This document shows positions 13,001 through 25,313 of a stretch of DNA of 64,000 nucleotides, piece after piece. The position numbers were made by a program, and so were the translations under genes. Below the pieces are notes generated by a model. It was given only the letters and a program-made list of their open reading frames with translations. It searched no databases and was not told the origin of the DNA. This stretch comes from Schmidtea polychroa (Eukaryota), in the NCBI GenBank assembly GCA_044892525.1, contig CM097886.1, positions 68,448,001 through 68,512,000 on the forward strand. The letters are read 5' to 3'. The stretch's first letter is position 1, and each line of letters opens with the position of its first letter.

Positions 13001-16000
13001 TGACAACCGAAACTAATGATACTTCCAAAATGTTTTATGATATTTCTTGTAAGAATGGATCTAATGGAGCTGAACTTTATGAGTTGTTACCTGAAAGCAG
13101 AATCGAATTTCTAATTCACGATGGCAGTGATGGATCTGAGTCTGCGATGACAATTTAAACAATTTTAAATCAAGTTTAATTAAGTTTAAAATCAGAAAAT
13201 ATTTTTCCAACATCGGTATAAAATTTTCATATTTAATTGAGGACCGATTTCTTGGATTTTGTGATCAAGTTTATTGCAACACTGAAGTGCACCAAGTTGT
13301 TATTGATCAACTTCGACCGAAACAAACGTAGCTTATTGGCCTACCAGATAACTTATGTTTTGGTCTATGCTTTGCAAGTTTTTTTTCAAAATATACAAAT
13401 ATTCGGTAATATCTGCTAAAGTTTAACTTCTTTACGAAATCGAAAATACCTTTTTAGGCATTTCCATGCGCTTAACCAGCAAACTTGACTATGTATAAGT
13501 AGGTCAGCATATTCGGCATCAACTTCCTCAAGAAACTCTTAAAATTTACAATGGGTGAGTGCACGGTTTCAGCCTTTTATTGCATTTGTTATTTTCATAA
13601 CAGTACTCATCGTGCAACTTAATTCCAAAATGTTTCCACATAAAGCTTGCCGATAAATAATACAGTACAACATTTCACAATTAATCCCATCTTTTAGCGG
13701 TCCAGTGAGTCCTATATTTCCCATAACCAATGATTTTGCTCCATCAGTTGCAATGGCAGTGCATTTTTCAAAACCACCATACACGGACACAACATTTTTG
13801 AGTTACTCATAAATATCTACACATTTTGTTGTAGGAAAGTCAATTTCAGGAACTCATTCGAAACATAAAAATCTACATCCGCTGTTCATATAAAAATCAG
13901 CATTTGACCGTATGGGATATGTCAATAGTTTCATCAAGCGCAATTGAAAAATAAATACAATTTTTCACTATATCCGCTAATTTTTCAACTAAAAAGTTGA
14001 CCATATTTAAAATTCTTCTCGCAACGATTTAATGGGACAGAGAGAAATTGACTTGAATTTTTTTGCCATTTTCTTCTCTTCAAATGCTTGAGTCGTTTTG
14101 ACTGCACGCTTCTTAATAATTTCACGATTAGTAAATGTTTTTTTGGCTTTGGCAATTTCTTTTACATAAGAATCAGACACAAATACATCCTGAGCCTTAC
14201 TTGTGAAGGTGATAAGTGATGTTTGCCGCTTAAATTGTTTTTTTTTAATTTTCAATTAAGACGATTCTCGACTCACCTGTGTATTGAGAATATTTCTCTT
14301 TATTCTGTAATTGATAATGGGTCTTCAAATTATATTCTTTACATGTAATAGTATTCATCAGACATATCAAACATACATAATTTTCTTTCCATTTCACGAA
14401 CATATAATCTATTTCCTATCGTTCTTTAAATTCCCGATTTTCATTCGAAAATTTTCCTATTTTTTCGCACTCATTTTATGAAGATAATTTTCTATATGTA
14501 GTTACCTGTTTGATGTGTACACTAAGCATAAATATTGCACAAAACAAAATTAAAAAGCAAAACGCGTTTAGAAATTCTCAATATGTAATAAAAAATAAAC
14601 TTTATAGCATTTGTATGTATAGTTTCATGGCATACTAAACTGGATAAAAATACTACAAAATAGTACTGATATTAATTTGTATTGTGTGTGTGTGTGTATT
14701 AATTTTAATAAAATGCCAGAAATAGTAAAATCATTTATCTTTATGATTATCTATAGTAAAAAACTAAATGAAGATAAATTAAATTCAATGTAACAAATGT
14801 CAAATTATTGTTTTGCTTTAACACTTTCATTCAAACAGGCAATGAAAAAATGTGAGGGATTATTTAAAGTTAAAAATAAAAGCGGGTTACATTGGAGTTA
14901 AAATTTTTAAGTTATAAATTGATCCAAATCATTCGTTCGATATGGACCATACACTAAGAATGACGTAACTGACATTATAATATCTCACAATAATAAAATA
15001 ATTTACATTACCTGTTGGCCCGGATTTCCAGGGAGTCCAGCACTTCCCTGAACTCCTTGAGGCCCAGGAATACCCCTTGGCCCAGATGGCCCAGAAAGAC
15101 CTCTTCCTCCCTGTGGACCCATTGGTCCTTGAATTCCATTAGGTCCTCCTGGTCCGAAAGAACCTATTTCTCCTGGTTCACCTATTTCGCCTTTTGGTCC
15201 AGGAGGTCCATTTATACCAGATAATCCACGAATACCTTGAGGTCCTGGTGGGCCTCGTGGACCCTTAAAAATAAAAATATAGTGTTAATATTTATAACTG
15301 TGCAATAATACTTGAAATCCAGGAGGACCATTTTCTCCAGGTGGTCCAACGTCTCCTGGTCTTCCGCTTCCCCCGATTTCTCCACGTCGACCAAGAGAAC
15401 CTTTACTACCTCTTCCACCTCTATATCCTTTCTCACCTTTAGCTCCTGGTAATCCTAGCATACCAATATCCCCAGACCGACCCTTTTATAATATAATTTG
15501 AAATTATTCTATTTGGATAAGCTTTCAGTAAATTCACCTTCGGTCCAGTTAAACCATTACTTCCTCGTTCTCCATCAGTTCCAGATCTACCCTAATTAAA
15601 TAATTAGTAATAAATGAAAAATAAATTATTCTACATAGTTATTAAACATGAAAATGACAAATGTTCTTTAAAATAATATTAACTTGTGTACTCAGCTTCT
15701 TTAATAGTTCAGTTTGAATTCTTATGAATTATTAAAAACTTTGTTTAAAATAAATTATTATTCACTTAACGTACACTTTTGACACTTTTAAAGTTATAAC
15801 CGATAAATATTGTAATATAAATTCCATGCTAGCAATATTGTTTTATTTATTTCATAACATTTCACATTTAAATTAATTAAATAATTTAATTTAACTCCTT
15901 TTTATGAATTTCTCTTTTTTATTATGCATGCCCCGAGCCAAATATTCCAGACACGTACAATTATGGGAGAAACCCCCACTCCACCTAGTAGAGAGCAAAT

Positions 16001-19000
16001 TTTTTAATTTTATTAATTTTTAAATTTTTAATAAAAAAAGCCTAAAAATTCTGGCTCAAAAGTCCAAAATGATATTCTATTTATTGAGTATAACGCTTAT
16101 CAAATGTGACACTTATCGAGAATTCACTTTATTATAAAGTATTTAAGGTGTATCAAAAATAAAAAAATACAATTGTTTAAAACAAATTAATTATTTTTAA
16201 AACCAATTTATAAAACTTAATAAATTATTTTTTAATATAGCAAATTATATATTACAGAAGATAACAACTGTTAAACCGGAAATAAACTTATCTCACTTTA
16301 TTAGTTTTTTACAAAGGTTGAAAGCAAAATCAGACATTTAATAATAATAAGAATAAATTTTAGTATAATATGTCTTTATCCCTTGATCCATAAGCTGAAA
16401 CAAGATACTTCTAATTAAAACAAAATGTTTAATTTTAATAGAATAAAATAAAAATTCTGCAAAATATTTATTGATTTTCAATTTTTGAAAAATTCATTAC
16501 AGAAGTTTTTTGTGCTACTTTTATACGTTTTCCGCGAAAAAGAAAAATATTAAATTGTTATTATATAATCTTTTGCTAAACATTAAATCCATTTTAAAGT
16601 TTTTTCATTTTAAATTTGTCTTCTAAATTTCTAAAAAGAATTGCAAATATCTTACAGGTGGCCCTGGAATACCTCTCATTCCTCGAAGACCTCGTGGTCC
16701 AATAAAACCAGCATCTCCATTAGATCCAGGATCTCCTTTCACGCCTCTATAACCAACAGGTCCTTGAAACCCAGGAAGTCCCGTCATGCCCTGTGGTCCT
16801 CTGTTACCTTTAAGAAGTGACTAAACGAGTAATAATATCAAAATCTTTGTTTGAATTAATTTAAATTTAAATTATTTTCTTATTGACATAATATTATAAG
16901 AACATATTTTTACTTTTCACCTTTGATTTATTTTTAACTGGCATTGTATTTATAAAAAAATGGACAACGAATCAGTAAAGATATTAAAAAAACATCGATA
17001 ACTTTACTGATTCAGAATAAATTATTTTATAAATACAATGCCTATTGACAGAATGTTTATTTAACCACTTATGCTGAAATAACGGGCATAGTGTGTCGTG
17101 TGATCTTTGCTAGGTTGGCAGTTCTATCAACAATATCTACGTTGCATAGCTCCCAATTTACTTAAATAAGTTAAAATAAAATACCAACTAAATGCGAATT
17201 GCTGTCAATTACCACAAAGTTCTTTTAACCTTTTTGATAGCAAAAAGGACATTGCATCTTTATCTAAGTAATACTCTTACAGGATTTAAAATCAAGCCAA
17301 ATCATTCATTATAATCTCAATTACCGTTACGGTAGTCCTAGAACTAATAGGTCAAATAATATAGAATAATGCTATCCCATCTTTCAGATTCAATTAAAGT
17401 CTAGCAAAATGTATTAGCAGCCAAAGTAATTCATTCCAAATATTTAGCGTTTGTTTTAGTTAATTTATTTATTTACATAAATTTAATTTAAATTACCGCT
17501 GTTCGTTTAATACTTGTTCTAAATTGTGCAACTCGTCGGTTAGAATTTTCTTCGGAATCTGGCACTGGTAGGACAAAAATGTGTCCCGGTGCTCCAGGGA
17601 CTCCAGGCGTACCAGGAAGCCCATCTCTACCATTTTTACCCTGAATACTCACATTTATTTGTAATTGATATTATACATGAAATCACCTCTTGCCCTTTTG
17701 GCCCTTTTGGTCCTTTTGGTCCTGGTTGACCTTGAGGTCCCTAAATACACAAATAAGGTATTTATTTGACTAAAATCATAACAATTAAAATCTCCTAACT
17801 TTACAGTGCCTGAAATTTGTGTTAAATAAAAAAAACACATTGAAAGAAAGACGAAAAAATGAAAAAAATGAAGTAATGAAATAGAAAACAGAACACCACA
17901 GAGCCACAATGAAAACTTTCATTAAGTATTTTATTACTTTTTTGTATTCTTCATAATTTTTATAGTAATAATTCTTTTCTTCTATCATCATAGAGTTGCT
18001 AAAGTTATTATAATAAATTGATTCCTATATTTTAAACTTGAGCTAACTCATTTTTTAAGATTATAAAAAATATTCGGAAAAAAATTTTTTTTAAAAGGTT
18101 ACGACAAGTAAAGGAGAAATATATAAATTAAATTATTAAATGTAATAAATAAAGTCTATTGAAGTTAAATTTGCGGCAAATTATGTTATAACAAAAGAAA
18201 ATAATATAATTTTGAATATATATAATTTTCCTCATCCATTCATATAAATTTTCAAAATTAAAAATTTAAATTTAAATATGAATAAAACATACTCCAGTTT
18301 CTTCTTTCTTAGCAGGTCCCTAATNNNNNNNNNNNNNNNNNNNNNNNNNNNNNNNNNNNNNNNNNNNNNNNNNNNNNNNNNNNNNNNNNNNNNNNNNNNN
18401 NNNNNNNNNNNNNNNNNNNNNNNNNNNNNNNNNNNNNNNNNNNNNNNNNNNNNNNNNNNNNNNNNNNNNNNNNNNNNNNNNNNNNNNNNNNNNNNNNNNN
18501 NNNNNNNNNNNNNACGTCACTGAAATCGTTGTTACAGTCAGGATTGTATATTTGGCATTGTTTAAATGCTTCTTTTGCTCCGTCAACCAATAAAAGTGAA
18601 TCAAGAATTCCCTAAAATAAACCAAAAATATTATCCTGCATTCAATAAAAAATTGTTACTGTAAAGCTAGCATCGCCATTGTGATCTTGCAAAACATACA
18701 AAAATCCTCCAGATATTTCTAACGGATCCGAAGTTCGATTCAGTTTCAATGATCCAATAAATTGGCAGTCTATCAGTAATGACACTGATGATTTGTCTAC
18801 ACTGAAAGCTATTCGATGCCACCTAGAAAAAAGTTACATCTTAGTATGGATTAATAGAAAAAATAAATCAAAAAATAATGAAACATTTTATTTCTATGTA
18901 CAAATGCTATTTATAATGTTTATAAAGTCTTTTGCCTTAAAGGTGACGCAGCTTAGGAGAAACACATATAAACTTTCAGCAATTACCAAGAATATTGGAA

Positions 19001-22000
19001 ATAGTCCAAGTTTTGGTACAGGACAAATCCTTTCTATAAAATTTTCAAAAGACATTAGCAGCGCCGTGCTGTAACTTTTGGGGGCCCTGTGCAGAAACTA
19101 AAAAAATTTTTTTAATTTGAAGCAAAAAACAACTGAATTATTAGGTATATTTGTTTCAAATTAAATCGTTGCTAACTAGATTTTTTTGAAAGTTAAACGA
19201 ATTTTGAATTTTCAAATTTTTTTTTCTTTCAATTCGTAGTAATTTATGGTATTGGAGAAGTTTTTCTAATGTATTTAATATTTGGGGCCCCTCAAAAATA
19301 GGGGGCCCAGTGCGATTGCACTTGTTGCACTTGCGATAGTACGGCGCTGGACATTAGGCATTGTCAGAGTTTAAATGGTATCATTGAATTTCATTTTAAA
19401 AATAAAATAATAAAATAGTCGTAAATCATGAATTCAGATAATCAGAAAAATTTTTAAAAGTGATTAAATTTATCTTGCAACATTTTATCATAGCACCTGG
19501 CATAATANNNNNNNNNNNNNNNNNNNNNNNNNNNNNNNNNNNNNNNNNNNNNNNNNNNNNNNNNNNNNNNNNNNNNNNNNNNNNNNNNNNNNNNNNNNNN
19601 NNNNNNNNNNNNNNNNNNNNNNNNNNNNNNNNNNNNNNNNNNNNNNNNNNNNNNNNNNNNNNNNNNNNNNNNNNNNNNNNNNNNNNNNNNNNNNNNNNNN
19701 NNNNNNNNNNNNNNTTGAAAAATACTCAGTTTTCATTTTATTTCTATTAGGCAACAAATAAAATGATCAATATTTTTTATTGTTTTTGATCAGTACTTTA
19801 GGTAAAAAATGATCAGTAAAAAAATTTTTTATCAGTATTTTATTATAATGATCAATATTTTAATTAAATGATCAGTATTTAATGTCATTTAATCAGTTAA
19901 AAATTAATAAATGATTAGTATTAAAATGGTATTTGATCAAACAAAAATTAACAAATGATCAGTATAATTTTAATTTAATCTACTAGTTATGCTTTTGTTG
20001 TTTTCTTTGGTCTTCCTCGCTGAAGTTTCTCTCCGATTGGTATTTGTTTGGTAGCAGGTGGTTGCTTGACATATTTTAGACGAATAGATACACCAATTAC
20101 ATCCTTACATATGTGTTCTTTTTTATATTATTCTTTTCCATTTGGCACCATCTAACGAAATATATACAATCCACACAACCGAAGATCTTTTTCTAAAATA
20201 ATTGACTTCTTTAGACATAAAGACATTCTTAAAGTGACCGTAGGGTGCACATTTTGTAGTGTTGGTTAAAAATGTGAGATTACTTAAAAACAGACAAACA
20301 TGTGAAAATTATCTCATCAGAAACGTTCAAATCATTCTTCGCATTTTCAAAGCTACAAATATTTCGATAATACTTTAATAATTTAAAGTTCTTAACCTAG
20401 CCAATCCATAAAGGCCATATGCTGACCCATCGTTCAATGGAGGTATAATATATGTAACTTAGAGTGAATATTTGCTATTTTTGGAAGAAATTTGATCATT
20501 TAGTCAATTCAAAAAAATTGAATGGTATTGTTAAAATATATTTTAATATAGATTAAATAAAATGGAAAAAAATCAGTAGTGAAATTGGAAAAAAGGTTCT
20601 TATAATAAATTTAATAAAGTAATTTAACATGAAGTTTCTCAATGAGATTTTATTATATTTAACATCAAAGCTTTTTTAAGGAATACTTATGGCTCTACAT
20701 TTCAATAAATAATATCTTAATTTCGTAATTCCGTATTTCAATAACTCCAATAATTATGAGGTTATTTATATAGTGAGGTCTGGTGCCAAATGGCGTCCGT
20801 TGCCATAAGTCCTGGATACATGTCATGTTGTTTAACCTATATATGAGCACTTGTTCATGGTCTTGATTCAATTCGTTTCCATTTAATCTTTCATGGACCT
20901 TAAAAAGAATGTCACTAAACTACCAACAATCAATAATTTAAGGGTCAGTCAAGCAGAATGTACATCAAATGAAATATTTCATGATATTTCCAAATTCGTT
21001 GACCATGGTTGAACCAGACAGTCTTCATTTACATACTTGTAGTATTCAATTTATTTTACAGTTGTCTTTTTTAAACAAATATCATAAAACCTAAATGTAC
21101 ACATTTAAAATTAATCACTGTACATAAACTTTTTTGGAAACTACATGATCATAATAACAAGAATTGGCGGGACAGTAAAAGAACATATTCTTTAATTAAA
21201 TTAAAAGTTACTGTAATTAACAACATAATCTGCAATAAAATAATAATCAAGTTTCAAAGGTTCAGTTTTTTTATTTTTTCAATACTTAAAGTTTCCTAAA
21301 AAGATTTCAGTGAGGTATATTTGACAATAAAAAGTCAGTTATAATTGAGTTGTCTACTGATTGATGCTTTTTCAATTCATTTACTCTATGTTGCATACGA
21401 CAGAACATTGACTTTATTTGTCTATCACAGTGGTTCTCAAACCGTGTTCCGCGAAAAAAATGACATTTTATCTTTAAATTTGCATTTAAGATACATATCA
21501 TCAAAAACCTATATTAATTTTTTTATAAGATGATTCAATAAGAAAGCCGTTACACAGATATGTAAACATACAAATATAAAAGTGTTTTTATTGCTTGTTA
21601 TTGTTGCGCGTGGTATTTTCTTTGCTTATAAGAAGGCATTGTTTACGTTTATGACAGATTTATAGTAATTTGTGATTGGTCACTCATTGTGGGCAAGTAT
21701 TTTTTTGTCAGTGTTCTGCGTAAAAATAATCATGTGAATGGTGTTCCGCGCTTTTATATTAATTGAGAACCACTGGTCTATCATATTAAACAATTAAATG
21801 ATAATTTAAGCCTTTTGCTGGGATATATTTTCAATAAAATGAAAGAATTTTTAACTATAAAAATATTCCTTTTCAATTACCTTATCTATAAGCTTATACG
21901 TAAATGTTTATTCATGAAATGTGTAAGCAATAGAATTTTTAAGTTGAAAAGCCTATAAACTGAATGACAAAAAGACTTATGAAAAAGTTGGAACATCTTT

Positions 22001-25000
22001 TTAAAAAAGGTATTGAAAATCTTCTGGATGAAATATTAACATACTATAAAATTATAATGATTATAAAATTTTAATTGTATTCTGGATTTGTATGAAAATG
22101 CTATTTGAATTATTTGTAAAAAATGTCTCAAGGAAATTTCTTTTAAAAAATAACAATTAGAAGAGCTAATTAGATTTTCACAAATTACATTTAAATAATT
22201 TGATGAAGCTTATATTTTTTATTTAGTAACATGGAGTCCGATGAATTAAATAGGATTATGACTACCGTATTTTAGCGCGTATAACCCGCGGGTTATACAC
22301 AATTTTTTTTAGTTGTTTTGAAGGGCAAAATTTGGGTAAAAATGGGTGCGGAAAAAACGTTTTTAAATATTCTTTTTTATTTAAAATTTAAATTTTTATT
22401 TAAACTCATTGTTTTTAACAAAATTAAAATTTATTATATTTCTTCCATTATAAATTTTTGAATTTGATCAAACAACACAAATTTATGTAGTTATTATAAT
22501 AATATTAAGTAAGGTTTGATATTTCAAAATACATAACTTTTAAATAAAGAAGGAAAATATTACATAAAAACACTTTTCAGTGTAAAAAAAGAATTTTTTT
22601 TCAGAATAATACAAAATAAAAATTTTAAAAAATTAAAAAATTCATTTAAAAATACGGGGAAAAGTGAGTGCTGGTTATAGACGATTTTTTAAAATTTTTA
22701 AACATTTTCAGTGTTGGTTATACGCGCTAAAATACGGTAATTAAATATATATTTATTGCGAAATTATAAATATATTTAATTTATTAATTTTAAAATTATT
22801 TAGAAATTAATTATATCAAATTCTTCTATTCTTACTGTCCATCAGTTAAGTCAAATTCAAATGGAAGATTCATGAAAGATGTTGAAGACGGATCTCGATA
22901 TCTTAGAGTAATTTGCCTGCCATATGTAACAGCAAGAATAATGTTGTTATTTTTATTTCTTATTGAAAATACATCCTGAGAATCCAATGCCTCTGATTTC
23001 GCAGTGATCAAGATTGAGAATTCCTTTGGAAATTTCCCTGAATTTAATTTAATGTAAAAAAAATTATCACAATGAAAGATAATTGAAAAATTATGTACAT
23101 TTTTTGAGATTATTAAGAAAATGTCATCAATTCAAAAAATCAAATAATTTATTCAAAAATAATATTTACACTTTTCTTAAAATACATATTTTAAATACAA
23201 CAATGGGAACTAAAGGAATATTTTGGTTATTGGAAATATACTTCCAAAAACGATCCAACAGTTTATTGTTATTGGACATCAACATTTAATATATGTTTAT
23301 TTCAAATTTGATTTCATACTTTTTACATCAGTTTTAATATTTTCCCCGTCTCTCGATTGTATCGGTATGAACATTATTGACTGGGTCGGATAAACGAAGT
23401 TCCCCCTCCTTTAAATTGAAATTTTCGACTATTTTGCTCGCCATTCATTGGAATAAAATTGTGTTGTGTTTCGCATAAAGTAGCTCAAAATAAGTTGAAT
23501 GTGCAAATTGATAAAATGCCAAAACCAATAAAATCAAAATGACTTATTCCGAGGGAAATCGGCATGTACAGATAGTAAGCGCGGAGACGGGATAAGGATA
23601 CAATAATATGAAACCAATGGGTGGTACCCAGAAAAAGATATTCAAAAATATGAATTAATTAAAAATAAATAAATTATTAATTAGCTATGTGGAAAACCAA
23701 GCCATGTAGAAAACTTGAACCATGTGAGTTAAACAAGATGGCTATGAAATTAGACGTTTCAAAATCGATAAAAATTATTAGTTTTGAATTAGCGAGACGA
23801 GACGTTTGAACGAAAGCGAGTAGGCACCTAATTAATTGGTTTTTGCTTTCCACAAATTTTGGTGGATGGCTCATTCAATTATCTACAAATATACAAAGAA
23901 ATTACATAGTTGGGCAAAAGCCAGTTGATTGAAGAGAAGAAGCTGCGACATTTTGACGTAACGAGTAAAAAAATTAAATGTGTCAATTCAAATTTGTAAA
24001 AAAGGAAAAATGATAGTCAAATCTGATAAAAGCGATCCCTTAGGGTTACCTACTTTCTGATTTTCATAGATATACATGATCAGTTTCTTGAAACCTTTTA
24101 AAATTCAAATTTAAAATTCATTCTCAAATAAAACTAACAAATTTCAAAATGTATATTTAATCTTTAAGATCAAAAAACAACCTTTTTAGTCANNNNNNNN
24201 NNNNNNNNNNNNNNNNNNNNNNNNNNNNNNNNNNNNNNNNNNNNNNNNNNNNNNNNNNNNNNNNNNNNNNNNNNNNNNNNNNNNNNNNNNNNNNNNNNNN
24301 NNNNNNNNNNNNNNNNNNNNNNNNNNTTTAAGCCTTTTGCTGCAAATAATGTATTTAATGAAAGAATTTTGACTATGCGATAGTCCTTGTCCAATAACAA
24401 TAAACTGTTGGATCGTTTTTGGAAGTATATTTCCAATAACCAAAATATTTCTTTAGTTCTCATTGTTGTATTTATTCCATTGAGATTGACAAGGACTATC
24501 GTATAGTCGAAAATTCTTTCATTAAATACATTATTTGCAGCAAAAGGCCTAAATTATCATTTTATTGTTTTAAATAATAAATGCTGCTANNNNNNNNNNN
24601 NNNNNNNNNNNNNNNNNNNNNNNNNNNNNNNNNNNNNNNNNNNNNNNNNNNNNNNNNNNNNNNNNNNNNNNNNNNNNNNNNNNNNNNNNNNNNNNNNNNN
24701 NNNNNNNNNNNNNNNNNNNNNNNNNNNNNNNNNNNNNNNNNNNNNNNNNNNNNNNNNNNNNNNNNNNNNNNNNNNNNNNNNNNNNNNNNNNNNNNNNNNN
24801 NNNNNNNNNNNNNNNNNNNNNNNNNNNNNNNNNNNNNNNNNNNNNNNNNNNNNNNNNNNNNNNNNNNNCTTATAACATTAATAATTTACTAATAATTAAT
24901 GACAAAATGAACATTAAAATTAACCTTGAAATAAAACATCGCTTTTTGCCATTAGACTATTTCCAGATTCATATCTGAATGCTTTTCGTCGAGAATTTCC

Positions 25001-25313
25001 ACAAAATGGTTCTTCAGCAGTAGTTCCAATATTCTTATCCGAAATTTGCACAGCTGTCAACAAATCAACAACGCCATCTAAAATTATTATTGTTTTATGT
25101 AATTTTATGCCTTAAATTAAACAACTTATTTATATAACATTATCTAATTAAAAATTAAAATTTCGAAATTATAATGAAAATTGTTGAATATCTTTAAAGC
25201 TTACCTTGGTTAGAAAAGGCTTGAGTAGATGATAGATACAAAATCAACAAAATAGACATCAAAGACATTCTAGAAATTAAAACTCCTCTTTTAAATGAAA
25301 CGAGATTCAGCAT
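1030..25313 (-). CDS. Clade-B (type V/XI-like) fibrillar procollagen alpha chain, multi-exon
   Basis: Manual splicing. Exon 25313-25205 encodes a signal peptide (MLNLVSF...[17 protein letters not shown]). Exons about 25078-24927, 23037-22837, 18822-~18666 and ~18612-gap encode TSPN ([40 protein letters not shown]). The minor helix plus GHIFVLP is at about 17.5-17.74 kb. The major helix spans 14 exons between 16821 and ~7690, counted as 17+6+19+28+32+34+24+46+18+36+36+6+28+7 = 337 triplets (338 with GQV). Furin site RYKRS. COLFI exons are ~7590-7321 (ARTC...YYIDPNEG...ECVF...TCI), 4235-4143 and 1562-1266 (QMNFLR...IEFLC...YDGC). The final exon (1161-1030?) is uncertain, and some N-propeptide sequence lies in gaps. 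Confidence 0.93.
2016..2383 (-). pseudogene. HSP90: Truncated Hsp90 N-terminal fragment inside a collagen intron
   Basis: [19 protein letters not shown] / (frameshift) [33 protein letters not shown]...[28 protein letters not shown]. Contains one frameshift, in-frame TAA and TGA, and a deletion before GVAF. Confidence 0.9.
2740..3060 (-). mobile_element. Degenerate Merlin (IS1016/ISXO2-like) transposase relic
   Basis: Minus-strand pieces [14 protein letters not shown] and [17 protein letters not shown] resemble the N- and C-terminal motifs of Merlin/ISXO2 transposases. Frameshifted and internally deleted. Confidence 0.55.
3147..3513. mobile_element. MITE with 38-bp perfect TIRs and 8-bp TSD, Merlin-like
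   Basis: TIR ggtacttccgtgttatcttacccccaaaaattaaatta at both ends. TSD cttttaca at 3139-3146 and 3514-3521. The GGTAC terminus fits the Merlin GGNRM consensus. Confidence 0.85.
5277..6752 (+). mobile_element. Internally deleted hAT transposon (ZMYM1-like/DUF4371 transposase, ORF 5416-6657)
   Basis: 14-bp TIRs caggcccgtaccgt / cagccccgtaccgt. Perfect 8-bp TSD aagcaacg (5269-5276, 6753-6760). The 413-codon open frame has [36 protein letters not shown] and RW motifs, but no C-terminal dimerization domain. Confidence 0.93.
12383..14474 (-). pseudogene. Decayed Buster/SPIN-type (GTF2IRD2/EPM2AIP1-like) hAT transposase in a collagen intron
   Basis: Fragments in the correct order: IAKAKKTFT (about 14.1 kb), YFSIALDET (about 13.94 kb), ATDGAKS...CIIYRQALC (13569-13790), [15 protein letters not shown]...TQFSH* (12383-12703). 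Many stops and frameshifts. TIRs not identified. Confidence 0.85.
19059..19349. mobile_element. hAT MITE
   Basis: TIR cagcgccgtgct / cagcgccgtact. Perfect TSD gacattag (19051-19058, 19350-19357). Contains ggggccc subterminal motifs. Confidence 0.9.
19764..19965. repeat. Degenerate ~21-bp minisatellite with TGATCAGTA core
   Basis: About 9 spaced copies of (a/t)tgatca(g/a)ta in AT-rich spacers. Confidence 0.7.
19987..20450 (-). mobile_element. MULE/SWIM-type transposase C-terminal relic
   Basis: [40 protein letters not shown] matches the CKH..G.A.RLK...P..AK..PIG.KR.RGRP tail of invertebrate MULE transposases. Upstream sequence is decayed and may extend to about 21060. Confidence 0.65.
21428..21775. 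mobile_element. Buster/Charlie-type hAT MITE
   Basis: Perfect 13-bp TIR cagtggttctcaa. Perfect TSD gtctatca (21420-21427, 21776-21783) with central TA. Confidence 0.92.
22265..22737. mobile_element. Tc1/mariner (pogo-like) MITE
   Basis: Perfect 22-bp TIR ccgtattttagcgcgtataacc, flanked by TA on both sides. Confidence 0.88.
24328..24560. repeat. Foldback/inverted-repeat element (about 64-bp arms around a ~96-bp core)
   Basis: 24328-24391 is the near-perfect reverse complement of about 24488-24553. The core (24389-24470) is an inverted copy of 23196-23277. Flanked by assembly gaps. Confidence 0.7.

Noticed and set aside
23344-23591. Possible MITE with cccgtctc / gagacggg ends
   Set aside because: Only an 8-bp inverted match and no TSD.
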